Origin: Lama guanicoe
Taxonomy: Eukaryota
Assembly: GCA_013239625.1 (NCBI GenBank)
Contig: MU054212.1
Span: forward strand, 4,074,650 to 4,138,649
Length of the DNA stretch: 64,000 nucleotides
Direction: 5' to 3'
Below are positions 1-12,918 of the stretch, piece by piece. Position 1 is the first letter of the stretch, and each line of letters begins with the position of its first letter. The position numbers and the translations under genes are program-made. Under the pieces are notes generated by a model that saw only the letters and a program-made list of their open reading frames with translations, was not told where the DNA came from and did not search any database.

Positions 1-59
1 ATTGTAAAATGATTATAAATCAATGAAAAATGTTTAAAAAAAAAAAAGGAAAAAGAGAT

Positions 60-280
60 GCTGATTGAATGGACCAGAATGGTAGCACAGAGATGGAGAA
101 GGGCAGCCAAGGTTGAAATAAATGTTGGAAGAAGAGATGTTGAAATTTCCTGATGGATAGACTATGGGGCTGAGGAAGAGTTAATTCTGAGACATTCATT
201 AGACGTTCAAGTAAAATTAATGAGGTTGCTGAGTGTATATATTATGGCCTCAAGGGAGAGGTGAGGTCTGGGAGTGGACA
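60..280 (-). mobile_element. L2 LINE remnant
   Basis: Purine-rich degenerate sequence resembling reverse-strand L2 (e.g. gagacattcattagacgttcaagt, ctcaagggagaggtgaggtctggg); recognised by recall. Confidence 0.5.
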
Positions 281-1050
281 GGTGATCAGGTTCTTGTTCA
301 CTTTTGCTTAATAATACAGAAGTCTATTTTTTTTTGAGCAGTAATTATACAACATGGATTTTTAATGAATTTCATATTGCAATGAAGACACTAAACACTT
401 AAAAATAATTACATTGATACAATGTGTTGTCTAGAAGCAGGTATCTGCTTCTATGCAACGCTTACAAATGCATTTATTCCTCCCAAAGAAGCTTGCTTTT
501 CACATATTTAAACAAGATGATTTACAAGATTCTTCGGAGTCCAAAACGTGTACAGGATTTTGACTCTACAGAAACTAACGTGCAGTGGTTGAGAAAGGGT
601 GTTGCCTCATCCAACAACGTATCTCTCGTGAAATTATCTAAACACATGTTTTTCGGTAACCACACATTTCCTTCTGTTATTAGAAGAAATTTTGGACTCG
701 TAGGCATACATTGGCAAAACCACTCCCATTTGGAAACATCATTTCAGATGACGTCAATGCGGCTAGTCAGACGACTTAATTCCAGCCACGCGTGCGCACA
801 CAGTCGCGCACAGTCGCACAGGCACACGCTGGTGCGCACGTACGCACACTCTGTGGCCCCCATCTCCCTCTGGACTCCGAGAAACACCCACATGGACACC
901 TCAGCAGCCGGTCCTGCCCCGGGAAGGCCCGGGCACCAGGAACAAAGAAAATCAACCCGTGGTTGCCGACAGGGCCAAGCAGCTGCCCCGTGGAGCGCGC
1001 TCATCTGCACAGACCTCAAGGCCAGCACACACGTACGTTTAAAAGCTTCC

Positions 1051-1075
1051 TTTTGTTTGTTTGTTTGTTTGTTTT
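1051..1075. repeat. (TTTG)n microsatellite
   Basis: Directly visible. Confidence 0.9.
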
Positions 1076-1429
1076 CGTTTCCTTTTCTCTGGCGGAGGCC
1101 TGATTCTTGAGTCTGGCTGAGCTACTTGTAGACTGTTTCCAACATTCCTAACAATGATTCTAAGACACCCAGACATTCGGACTGAAGCAGGAAAGGAGCC
1201 CAAAAGCACAGACACCAGGGAAGGCACCTCACCCAGACCCGGGAGAGCCAGGGCCGGGCCCCCCTTGCCCTCAGACGCCAGTCAGGGAAACGTTAGACTT
1301 ACCAACAAGTCCTTGAGCTTTAAAAGTTTATAAAGCTGCTGGAAAAACACCGGCTGTTCCTCGGTCGCTTTGGTTCTTCCTGGTTCCTCCTTCCCTTCCA
1401 GGCGGTGGAAATCAGCTTAGAATCACCCC

Positions 1430-1973
1430 ATTAGGTAAGTGGGGGCACCGGGCAGATAAAGTGGAGGAGAGGGAGGCTGGTCCAGAAGATGGAAGTTTGC
1501 CCGCCTCCAGCATAAAGGGGCTTTACTTCCTCCAAATGCGTACCGGCAAGAAACAGGTTAGAACCCGGCAGCCGCAACCGCTCGGTAGCCAGAAAGACCT
1601 AACGGGACATGACCGAATGCGCACTGTAGTGTAATGAGCATTGCGGTTTAGGCCACGCCCCGTGGGTTTGTCTCTGTGCATCATGGGTAAGGACATGCGC
1701 AAAGGGGCCAAGCGTGACTAAGCATTCCCTGGACAAGAGTCCCCGTCAATCAATCAAAAGACCGCCTCTAACGGAGGGCATAAGAAAAGGGCAAACAAAG
1801 CCACCGCTTTTCCTCTGGATCAGCCTGCCTCCCGTTCTTTGAGGTATAATTTCCCTTTGCTAAATAAGTGCTTTAAAATGTTTTGCATCACAGTGCTCCA
1901 CCTCCCATCTGAATCCTTATCTTTCTGGTATGACAAGAACTGGGGTCTTTTCCCGTCCTCTTTTGGGGTAACA
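1430..1973 (+). mobile_element. ERV1-like solo LTR; 5' boundary uncertain, could extend to TG at 1134
   Basis: Ends tctgaatcc...acaagaac...ggtaaca, like the 3' end of the TSD-flanked LTR at 36375-36905; TATA-like cataagaaaa 1779-1788; degenerate polyA signal AATAAG 1863-1868; no clean TSD found. Confidence 0.7.
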
Positions 1974-3129
1974 TAACTACTCAGGGCCAACTTTCCCAAG
2001 GTCAGCTACACGGGACCTGAGCTGACAGAACCCCGGGCCAGGTGTGTCCACGTGAGAGCCTAAACCCTGTCGGCTGCATCGGCTCTGGCCTGCGTCATCA
2101 CGTCCCCTGGGTGGGTCTCCAAGGGTCAGAAGGTGAGGGGCAAAACAATGAGATGTTTGGTTACCACTGAAGTCAACAAGGTACACAACTCAGGACAGCA
2201 GTACAGGAAGTCCTAAGAAGGCAGGGGTGACATGCTCGCGACAGCCTGGGGGGGCACCGAGGGTTTCTGCTCCCTGCCGTCCGCCCTGTGGGCACTGCCT
2301 CAGCTGACGGAGAGCCTTCGCCTGCAGTTATGTGGTCTATCACTGGCTCCCTCGCCTCCTGAGCGAATTGATATTCCAGCTCTACGTTAAAACTGCATTA
2401 ACCAGGTGGCAGTGAAACCCCTGAGTTTTCCCAAAGACTTGTTTTGAGGTAGGGCTCATTTATTTGCATTGTTGGCTTTCAGATACCACCGAGGAAGTGA
2501 ACCCACTTGGAAACGTGCAAAACCCAAGGTGTAGAAAATAAAGTTTATTTTTAGGTAGCAAGGCCTCCCAGAAAGGTCGTCACATTCAATGGATAAGTGA
2601 TTTGAAACTTCTAAAAAACATTTATAACCATAGCTGTAAGCTAAACTGCTTTAAATTTTGCTTAACCTCTGAAATCAGTGTTTAGAATCATTATATTCTA
2701 GAATTTGCCAGCATGAGACCTCAGTAGATTGAAATGATTTTCTATAAAAAGCAGAAAATTTTTCTTTTTGTAAGAAACTCACTGAATGTTGCAAACTCAA
2801 TCTTCTGTCTTTTTTCTCAAATATCTAGAATCTGGGTTGATTTTACAGAACACAGAGTAGAAGCTCCATTCAGATAGCACGCGCTGAAACTCCATGCAGA
2901 CGCCGGCGGGAAGCCTTTGCTGTTCCCGCCACCAGTCACCTCCCCAGCAGGAGGCAGGGGAGGACCATCGTTCCAGAAACGCAGAGACTACTCAGGCCTC
3001 CTGGGAATTGCACGGTTCACATTTCACGCTAAATGTAAGTGACTTTGCTTTACTATTTGAAGGACAAAGGTCTATGTTCAAGTTCAAGTTCAAGTTGATA
3101 GATTAGGAAGGTGAACCTCTTAGTATTGA

Positions 3130-3285
3130 GGCTGAGATTTGCTTCATATTTTCCGTGTGACCTTGAAGACTCAGTCACTCTGAGTCTCAGTTTCCTCACC
3201 TGGTGATAAAATATTATTGTATTTAAGGAATTTAAATGAAATCATGCATATAAGCATTTGGCATAGTATTAAGTGTATAGTAATC
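3130..3285 (+). mobile_element. MIR SINE
   Basis: MIR core gtgtgaccttg...ctctgagtctcagtttcctcacctg. Confidence 0.75.
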
Positions 3286-3984
3286 ATGGCAGAAGTAAAG
3301 CAGCAGTGATCTAAGCATAAAGCATGTAGGTCTTAAAAAGAGTAATGAATACAAAGAAAAGCATTTGTTCATAGTGGTTAAATTAAACGGGATCGTTTTG
3401 CATTTTAAAAGTGTCAGGAAAAATTGTGAAAGATTTAGAAATGGGCACAAATGTCATGCCTGGGCACTCTGTACCTTTCTCTGTTAGCTTCACCTTTCAT
3501 TGTGTGTGAGTTACTTTGTAACTGTTTAACTGTAGGGAAATTAGTAAAACAAGATGATTCTTGTCCGTCGAAATGCCACTGGATTATAGGAGATGCAGTG
3601 CACCTGTAAATTCACTTCAGCATTCGTGATTGCCCTTACGTGTGTATCCTTTGAAGTCTTCTTCGAACTAGCTGCAGCATCTTACTGGTTCCCCCATTTA
3701 CTAATGAGTCACATAACATCTTTGAACATGTGTTCTTTTTATGCTTGTGTGAGAATTATGACTTTGTTTTTTAAAAAATCCTTCCACAAGAGTGAAAAGT
3801 AGTTCTTACCTATCACCCTTCAATTTGATGAAGAATAATTATAAGAAATAGAGATTTAAAAAGGGAGGTTACTAAATTATTTTATTAGAAGGAGGAGTGT
3901 AGATACCTACTTTGATAAGTGTTATTGGACCTAGGACCATACTTTCAATATGATGAAGTTATTCAAATCTTAAAGTGCTTTCAG

Positions 3985-4097
3985 CAATGTTTCCTGAACG
4001 TGTCCTGTGAAACACGAATATATTATGAAATGTTTATGGACGTTGTGGGAAAAAACGTAAAAGAATCTCAACTTCAGATTAGTTTGGGGAAAGACTA
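3985..4097. mobile_element. hAT-Charlie MITE-like fragment
   Basis: caatgtttcctgaacgtgtcc...agtttggggaaagactag resembles Charlie-type terminal inverted repeats. Confidence 0.4.
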
Positions 4098-5248
4098 GAT
4101 TTATGAAATTGCCAGTAAAGAAATGATATGGACTGTCTAACAGTAGAGAAGGGGTGGGGTGGAATTGTTCAGCCAGTCATTTGGTTTCTGAAGTCCTCCT
4201 TCCTCTGTCCTGAGAGGGTCAGCCCCTCGTCAGTGGGTCTCAGCTGCAACTCAGCAATGGCAGAAACTGGCCATTGAAATCTTTGCATTTACAGGGTCAC
4301 CTGGGTGTAGCCATGACTCCCTCTGCAGTGGCACGGCACGCTCAATCCCACAGACCTTTTAAAACACGCTGTTAAAAGACCTCATGCTCTTACATTTCAA
4401 ACATAACATTTGTGCCTCAACTCAAATTGTTCTATTATAGATAAGTTGTATCACTTGCTTAATACTTAAAGCTCCTACGCCTCAAGTAAATTAGAGAACA
4501 GTTTGATAACCAAAAAAAAAAGTGAGAAAGTGGTATTTGATATGGGGGCCTAGGCCCTAAAAATCTGTCCGCATATCCCTAAAACACATCAGGATAAAAA
4601 AAAATCCTATCTTGGAGGGAATCATATAGCCCTCCCACATTATACTATAGTGCTTTTGGAACTCTTTATTTAAACCATTGATTTGATCAATCCAAAATGC
4701 GTTTTAGTGTTCTGTTTTCTTAATGGACTGAAAAAAACTTTCATAAAAAACTTTTATTATGGTATTCAGACAAAAGATATATACATCATTCTAAAAGAAT
4801 AAATGAAATAGGCATGATTTCCTTATTAAGGCACGGTTCAAGGTGATATATCTCTGAATTTAGCATCAACTGAAGAAGTTGTGGAACGTTTAAGAAAAAT
4901 GTACAGGAGGCTCTTTTCACTGAGAGCAACATCTAGTCTGACTGAAGATTTAATAATATATATAACAAAAAACGACACAGCAGAGGGATTAAACAAATGA
5001 GAAGTTGTGTGAATATTATAAGTGTGCGAGTGGGAAAGGAATGTGTGTAGGTTGGAATAGGGAGACTGGAAATGATGAATTTTAAAAGGGGAAAGTTCCA
5101 GGGACATCAATCCAGGCAGGTGACTTATCAGGTGTCTGGATTAGGAGGAGGGAAGCAGAGAAGAAAAAAAAAAGCTAAAATAGAGTTTTTCTTTAACTAA
5201 GGGTTCATGCTGAGGAGTAATTACATAAAATCAGATAAGACATTTTGA

Positions 5249-5503
5249 AGGAGGGGTGGGAGGGGATAAATTGGGGGTTAGAGAGTTGCAGATACTACCT
5301 GAATGTTTATATAGAATAGATAAACAAGTTCATGCTGTATAGCACAGGAAACTATATTTGATATCTTGTAGTAACTTATGGTGAAAAAGAATATGAAAAC
5401 GAATATATGTCTGTTCATGTATGACTGAAGTGTTGTGCTGTACACCAGAAATCGACACATTATAAACTGACTTACTTTAATAAAAAAAATTATATACAAA
5501 AAA
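5249..5503 (+). mobile_element. 5'-truncated L1 (3' UTR and A-rich tail), artiodactyl/camelid type
   Basis: Matches the L1 3' UTR copies at 47115 and 59531 (aagttcatRctgtatagcacagg, ttatggtgaaaaagaat); AATAAA plus A-rich tail; attttga on both flanks is a possible TSD remnant. Confidence 0.9.
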
Positions 5504-8500
5504 GAGAATTTTGACATATGTTCATATTATTCTAAGAAGTCCCTAACCATTATGGATCTTTTGATAGATGTCATTTAACTCTGTAAATGTTTTCATCAAC
5601 TGTAGACATATAGAACACCTACTATATGCAGAGTTTGGGGTTTATAGTTTCTAAAAGCATCATTTCATGTTTTTTTCATGTTTGAAAAAAAGCATACTAA
5701 ATCCCTAGTTGATAGTTTTAGGTCATTTTCTGTTTATTATACATCATAAAGTGTGGAATTCACAATCTACGTGGTAGTACAGTGTTACCAGCAGAAGCAC
5801 TGATTTATATAGTGTATAATAGTGTATAGTGTCGAATAGAAAAGGAGACAAAGATAAAAATGATTAATAAAAACTGAAATTTAGATTGCTCCGGGTATTC
5901 ACTTTCCCTTGTTCAAGCAATTGAGAAAGATGTGGGTCCTTTCAAGTGGGTAGATTTGAATCTTTCAGGGCATTAGAAGAGAATGCTAATTGCAGCTTCA
6001 CTGAGTTATACATCCATAATAGTTCCTGCAGGAATAATTTGGATATATAACTTAATACCATAATAAAACCCTTTGCACACTCGATCATCATAATATTTCT
6101 CCCAATTGAAAATGACAAAGATATTTAAAGATTTTTTTGTTTATTAATTTCTTATTACAGAAATACACAAACTAGAATCCAACTTTTTCAAAAGTTGACT
6201 CCAAATGCCATTTTTTTCTATTTCCACCTTTGAGCATTCTTGAGGAAAGAGAGGTAAAAACGAAGATTAAATCATGTATTTTATTTTTAAACATTTCTAG
6301 TAGATCTCTGATTGATTTTTCATGTAAACAATGTGGCTTGTTGGCTTCAAGGGACATTGGTTAACTGACTATATTAGTTCACTGTCGTGCTGATGGAAAG
6401 GAAAATAGCTCTGTGGTTAGTTTCAAGTTAGGCAGTAAGTTAAATTACCCCTAGACATTCAGTTTCCGGATTATTTGGCTTCCAGGACTTAGCTCTACTT
6501 TGGGGGATAGTATAAAATAGAGGGAAGTCCTAAGTTTGGCAGATATCTTCGTGACAGAGTGAGAGTTTTATTTTTCTTCATGGAACCTCAGAATTGGAAA
6601 ATTACAATGGCAGTGAAACTCGAAGCTGATGATGACCTCACAGTCCCTAATTACAGATGTGCAGGGGTATGGAGATACAGATGCACATATAGAGATCGTC
6701 ACACCACCGCTCTCCTTTAGGAGAACTTACAGAAGGGGAAGGAAAGGACATCTGGATTTTTAGATCAAGGTTGTCAATCGATATATCCTTAGATTGAGAA
6801 GAAATGATTTTAGCAAATGATTCATCGGGACTATCCAGCATCCTCAAGAGTCTTCTCACATTTGAACTAAAGATCCTCTCCTGTTGTCCTATTGAACTCT
6901 AAACCTAAAAGGTAACAGGCTTCCTTCTCCACACACACAGATTGGGTATTAAAAACATCACGGCAATAAGGGCGGCAGCAGGAGACAAATGCAATTAGCA
7001 AAGGAAGCATGGGCGAAGCGTTTAAACCCATAACTTTTATGCATTAGCTCAATGATTCCTTTCAAATTTAGCTTTTCAATTCATCTGTCTCCAGGTGTCC
7101 TCTATTTCATATCTAGATCTAATTTTTTTTCATAGAATTATGTGTCATTGGAACAGCTGAGAAAATAAAATTTAACTCTCCCAAATTGTTTGCAACTTCA
7201 AAGAGCATAATGCAGTGTTATTTTTACACAGAAAGTTCTGTCTTTTTACCTTCAAGAGCAGTTTTTAGATTTCTGACACATTGTCACTATTTGGCGGTCT
7301 TAACATAAAACCTGTCATTTGCAGGGGGTTGCAATGTGCTGCCACATTAATTTTATAATAGCATTCTGAGGTGACGATCACTGTTATCACTTAACAGAAA
7401 GAAGGTGTTGCTTATGATTTCCTTGAGAATTAGTGCCCTGTAAACGACTAAATTCTACGGGGTCTGATAATCAATTACTTACTGAAACACCACATTCTCC
7501 CAAGTTACTATTCTACCAACTAGACATGGTAGCTTTCCTTAGACAGAGGCTGGAAAACAGTAAAGTTAAATAATAATAAGCAAGATATTGCATTCTCTAC
7601 CTACTCTGGAGCACACTAAAACAAACAAAATTATTTGCCTCTAAACTACTAATACCAGCCTGTTGTTTTGCATCCCCAGAGGTGCACAGAAATCTTCTCA
7701 AATGTAGATTCTGAATCCTCAAGATTTCTTTTATGTGTAGATTATTGAATTATAAATTTTTTAAAACTTGAATTACTCTTATCTTACATTTCATCTAATT
7801 TGCTCTTTTCAGTCTCCACTTTCTTGAAATCCATTGAGACAACATCTTCTGTATCCCGCTTTCCTACTTTTAAGGCTATTATGGTATCATGGGTCTTCAC
7901 ATCTTCTCACGGGTCGCTATATAATGAGTACTGTCAAAATCTGTATCGTAATACCTGAAAAAAAAAATCTCAGTAAAATCTCCTTCCTGTTCTAGAGGTG
8001 ATGAAGGTCCGCCAAATGTGCCAAATGAGTGTGTGTCTTACTTTGGCTTCCTAGTAATTTTTGATCATTTCTTAGGGTACTTTACAGATGTTGGCATTAC
8101 TCGACATCTCTTGTCGATAATCTCAGATGAATCAGTGGCAGCACAAACAAGGAGATTATTAAAACTTCTCATAGATGTATAATAAAAGTATATCCATTTT
8201 AGAAAAAAAAAATGCAAGGTGGATCTAAATACCGATCATGCTCTTCCTACTTAGTTACAACTTTTTGAGAAAATGAGGGAAAAGAGATATTTTAGAATTA
8301 TGTCAAGAGTCATGAAAATGGAATAAAATTTCAAACATTATTATTTTCTTTGCGAACATCTTTTGAGAGTAAATGGCACAGTTCCTTTCCTAAGTATTTT
8401 TTTCAAAGTACTGCCTGTGGTGCTATAAAAAATATTATAAAACGTACTAGTTATAATTAGTGTGTTGTAAATCACTTTAGGGCAACTTTTACGTTACATT

Positions 8501-8784
8501 GTTTGTTAACGGTAAAATAGCAAGAAATGGGTAAGTAGAAAACAATGTACACCAACCCAGCCAATGTGGTAGAGCATATGCTCAGCTATTACCGCTTCTG
8601 CTCTAAGAATTACTATTACACTTGAAATTTGATATTGCCCTTTTCCCATTTCAAGCAAAGACGTTCATGAACCCTTTAAGAAAAAAAAATAAAAATGGAT
8701 GTGTTTAAATCCACATTTTCAGCGTGCGATTTTAGTATGGATTATTTGAAAGGAAAACAGTCATCAGACCTGGCATCTCTAAAT

Positions 8785-8992
8785 CACTTTTTATGTGCTA
8801 GGCATTCTGCTTTTCACACAATACTCGTGATTTCATTTGACTGCGGGCTCCTTTGACACGATTCCTATTTTGCAAATGAGACACTTGTCCAAAGTTATGT
8901 GGAGGTTAAACAACTTACCTGAGATAATAGAGCAGGTGATGGGGAGTGATTCAAAAGCTGGCCTGTCTGATTCCAAAGACTATGTTCTTTCC
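8785..8992 (-). mobile_element. MIR SINE
   Basis: cctattttgcaaatgag...gaggttaaacaacttacctgag...tgtctgattccaaag. Confidence 0.7.
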
Positions 8993-9889
8993 CCTATTCA
9001 ATCAAACAGGCGTAGTGTTTTCCATACACAGTTTTCATAGCATTATTTCAGCACCGTGTCTAGAAGACGGCTTCTTTGTCTACTGTCACAGGAGAGGTTA
9101 TACAGCATGCAATGAGGGAGGAATAATTTTAAAAGCTAAATTTAGACATCGTATTTGCCTCTGCTTAAGCCAGAAACTTGTGCTGACAGAGAAGTCCAGA
9201 GTTGGCGGACAGGGCTTGAGAAATGACTTAAACTTCAGAGAGTGACCCAAGATACTGATCCTGGTGTCTTCTTATTCAATATTTGCATGTATTTGGCTAA
9301 TTTTGTATATGGCTATAGGGAAGCTGGGAGAGATGAGATAGAGAATCCAGATGTTCTCCGTTAGAGTATTTGTTAAAATCTGGCTTGGGTTAGTAATTAT
9401 CAGATGACCTTAATAATTGGTTCTGTGCCTCATGTCAACCAATGGTCGATGGTCGTGTCAGTCCATTTTCTGGTGGGCAGGAAGCCACGTTCCCTACAGT
9501 TGCCACAATCAGCAGCCCTTCAGTTGGTTCCAAAGGAGCAGTGCTGATTAAATTGGTCAGATCTACCTTCAGTTTTTAAATCAGTCCATCCGCTTCTTGT
9601 TGGGAATGCTTGGTTGATTATTGCTTGCATAGTATCATCTTTAAGGTATCAGGAGGGTTTGGAATTTTAATAATTGTCCATTTAACACTCTTTCATGCTG
9701 AATTTTTATTAAAAGGGATCATTTTGACAACATACTCATTTTAATCAATCATAATTTTGTGGCTCTCCTTACTGGGTACGGCATATATCAGTTGTATTTC
9801 CATTATCATAGTTTGTAACTAGGAGCAAATTCACTCTACCACAGATACAAGGTGATTATCGTTTCAACATTTCCAGCAAAATAGTCATA

Positions 9890-10123
9890 GGTGTTACTAA
9901 AAATGTGGTTATGAGGACACATAACTCTGGGAAATGCTGGCTTCTCTAAAAATTTCTCAACTCTAAAACTTTTTAAAGCCTTTAATATGCTAATACAAGC
10001 TTTGGCTCCCTAAGAGGGCATTACAGGATGCTGAGTTTTCCAAACGTGTTTGACTATAGAAATCCTTTTTAATAGAACATCTTATGAGACCACCAAAGAA
10101 AAAAAAGACTTTGGAGATTGCTG
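9890..10123. mobile_element. hAT-Charlie fragment (MER103C/Charlie4z-like)
   Basis: gggaaatgctg...aaagcctttaatatgctaat...ttttccaaacgtgtttgactatagaa...ctttggagattgctg; recalled similarity. Confidence 0.5.
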
Positions 10124-10314
10124 AATTAAGCATCCACCCAGCCAACTTCCTGTCACTTCAAAAGCGCTGGCCAACCCCTCCAGGTCTTAGTTACTTGGAA
10201 AACATTAAAAGAATTTTTAGTCTCTAAAATATTTCTTTTCTCTGAAAATACCTGAGATCCAGGCTCTTGGCAAAATTATGAAACTGGCCATATTTATCTT
10301 TGATGCGTTCTTTC

Positions 10315-10316
10315 AT

Positions 10317-10346
<30 letters not shown>
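10315..10346. repeat. (ATTT)n microsatellite
   Basis: Directly visible. Confidence 0.95.
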
Positions 10347-10347
<1 letters not shown>

Positions 10348-10511
10348 GTGCATTCTTGCCATTGTTTATAATGCTTTTCTCTATCTTAATTAGTGTCCTT
10401 GCTTCCCATAGCTTGTCTCTTGACGTCACACGTTCTTATTCTTACTTCACAATACCTAGAGTCATGCACTGACACCTTTTCCTGGTATTTCTTCCCTTTG
10501 AGGTACATCAT

Positions 10512-11034
10512 GCAGGACGTAAATGCCCACTTTCTCCATTATCACAATTTGCCTCTACTGCGTTCCGTGGCCGCCCGGTCCTCCCTTAGCTGCCAGGTGT
10601 CAAGTACCCTGTTCTATGTAATGTGCTCATGACTGATAAATAGCTTGAAAGTGGGCGTTGGCAGAGAGGAACCAAGAACGTCTGTGTTTATACTTCAATA
10701 AAAACGTGTGAGTCTTTAGTCTGGGGTTTCAGAGGCTTCAGCAGGGTGGGAGATATTTTTGGTCACTGAGATCTTAAGACTGCACCCTCCTCCCCAATAA
10801 GCATCACAAAAATTCATGGTCTGAAAACAGAAGAACTCAGAATCTTGGTATGTGGCTGCTCAGTTAATGGCTATGTTTTCCAGATTTCCTTACAGAGAAG
10901 TGTAGTCATGTGACTAAAGTTCTCGTCAACGGGAAGATAGTAGACATGATGGATTCAATTTCTCAAACATATTTTTATAATGAAAAGATGCCTTCTTCTC
11001 TTCCTTTCTCTTTTTTGATGACCGGAATGTTAAA
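10512..11034 (+). repeat. Local direct duplication, copy 1 (paired with 12992-13501)
   Basis: Aligns by eye over about 510-520 bp; 10 mismatches in the first 122 bp. Confidence 0.95.
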
Positions 11035-12659
11035 GAGAGATCTGAAGACCCCTCCCTCAATAAATATCACAAAAGTCTGTGGTCTGAAGAATGGCAGAAC
11101 TTTGTTTAAAAAACACTAATTATATAAATTTAGGACAAATTGCGATTATAATCAATTAACTTTAAAAAATCTAAGTTTCATTAAGTAGTGAATATCTATG
11201 AGAATCCAATTGTAAAGGACTGTCCCAGAAAACAAATAAGGACCTGAAGAATACAAAATGCATGGTAAAATATGATATTTTGCTAAAAATATTTAAGTTC
11301 AGAAAATATATTTAGAGTTAAGATCAAATAAAAATAGGGAAGTTTATGTGTTCAGATTGCATGTATAATCGTTAAACAAAATTAACTTGAATATGCAAAT
11401 GTTTTATGCTGAACCATCCATCAAGCTATAAACCAATACCTCAGAATGACTTTCTAGTTGGCCTCAGAGTTCTAATACTGTCTAGCTAGCAAGAAATCCA
11501 AAACAAAATTACATCCTGGATGTTTGTTGACTTAATAATGGCATGAAATGTAATAACAGGCTCAGTAGTGCCAGAATATTTAGTGTTTAACAGTATTACC
11601 TTTTTATCACTCAGGCTTTAAACGTCCATCCAGGAAAACATATCGGGAGATAGTTATAAATCCTTTAAAAATAATGCCCCTTAATTTCTCACACTGGAAA
11701 TAACTTTATTCTGATGGTTTGCTTAGCTTTATTTTGTTTTCAAAAAATTTGTATTTAAAGAAAAAATTCAAGATTGCTCAAAGTCTCTTTTATTCTCTGT
11801 ATATTCACTTTCTTCAAAGAAATGAATTCCTTAAATATAGGGATATAAGAAAAAATTCTGTATTAATAGTGTATATAAAATAATATAATAAGTAGTTAAA
11901 TTAACATGTACGGGTTTGCTCATCTTAGTCTCATATTAAATGCATTATTAGTCCATTTTATTATCCGTGACTCTCCTAGTAAAGTGGTTTATTTGAAGAG
12001 TTTATACGTTTCTGTTGTTCAGATTTTGACCTGGGATTTCAGAGACTTTAGCAGGTGGAAGATACACCTGCAATTAACTTCTGCTAATATGTGGGCATTT
12101 TAAAGATTGTTAGCCTGATACCAAAATGCTATGCTGGCTAGCATACATTTTTTTTTTCCTTTATAATCTCCTCCTACAGTGCTTAAAAAGTCTGTGTGAT
12201 TTGAGTTATGATATAGGAATATAAGAAAATCTTTTTGGTAATTTTTGTGTTGAAACACACATGTACGTGTCTTTCTCTCCTGACCAAATCCATCTTCATC
12301 TCCAGTGCTGAGCACAGTTCCTGGCCCACAGTGTTGAATTTATAAAAAATGATGTGGCCGCAGTTTTTGTGAAAGAATCCCATGATTCTTGGAGTGTCAT
12401 CTGAAATATTTGGATGCAAATAGTGTCATTTCAGATTATGGCAATCACATTCATACTCCAAACTCATCCTGAGTCTAACACGTCACAGGTAACTGGGTTG
12501 AACTTCAGACTGTATCTAAAAAAGAGTTTGCTTTGTTCCTTCTGGGAAAATAGTACTAGCAAGTAATTTTTTATTTTCTCTATTTTATCTTCCCCCTTTT
12601 ATCTTTTCCCATTTGGTCAGTAAAATATCAGTATAAAGTATAATTCGTGTCTTATATGT

Positions 12660-12785
12660 ATACATTGTTTATAGTTTATGTAATATTTTTATGCATATTA
12701 TTTCATTTAACCCTGACCGTGAAGGAGATGAGGCAGGTATTAGCGTCCTGATTTGACAGTGGAAAAAACTAACCTGAAGCAATGC
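12660..12785 (-). mobile_element. MIR SINE fragment
   Basis: attatttcatttaaccctga...gaggcaggtattagcgtcctgatttgacagtggaaaaaact. Confidence 0.6.
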
Positions 12786-12788
12786 TGT

Positions 12789-12900
12789 GTTTCTTAGTTC
12801 AATAGTTTTTCTGGAAACAAAAGCAATATTTTTGCTAATTTAAAGATTTTAAACCAGGTAGAAATGTGTTTGACAGCTTGATTTTTTTTTTTTTTGCTTT
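12789..12900 (+). repeat. Local direct duplication Y, copy 1 (paired with 14347-14454)
   Basis: gtttcttagttcaatagtttttctggaaacaaaa...ttttgcttt occurs twice with few mismatches. Confidence 0.95.
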
Positions 12901-12918
12901 GTGATATCCAAAAGTCTC

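Larger units (their letters stand above)
745..2350. promoter_or_regulatory. CpG/GC-rich region, candidate regulatory element
   Basis: Visibly higher CpG density than the rest of the window; CRE TGACGTCA 749-756, SP/KLF motif GCCACGCCCC 1652-1661, E-box CACGTG 2049-2054. Confidence 0.4.

Noticed and set aside
424..1110. Longest ORF (228 aa)
   Set aside because: Non-ATG start, runs through a CA/CG tract and a TTTG microsatellite, no recognisable domain
6731..6904. Possible minus-strand exon (ttttag acceptor, gtaagt donor)
   Set aside because: Weak polypyrimidine tract and early stops in all three frames
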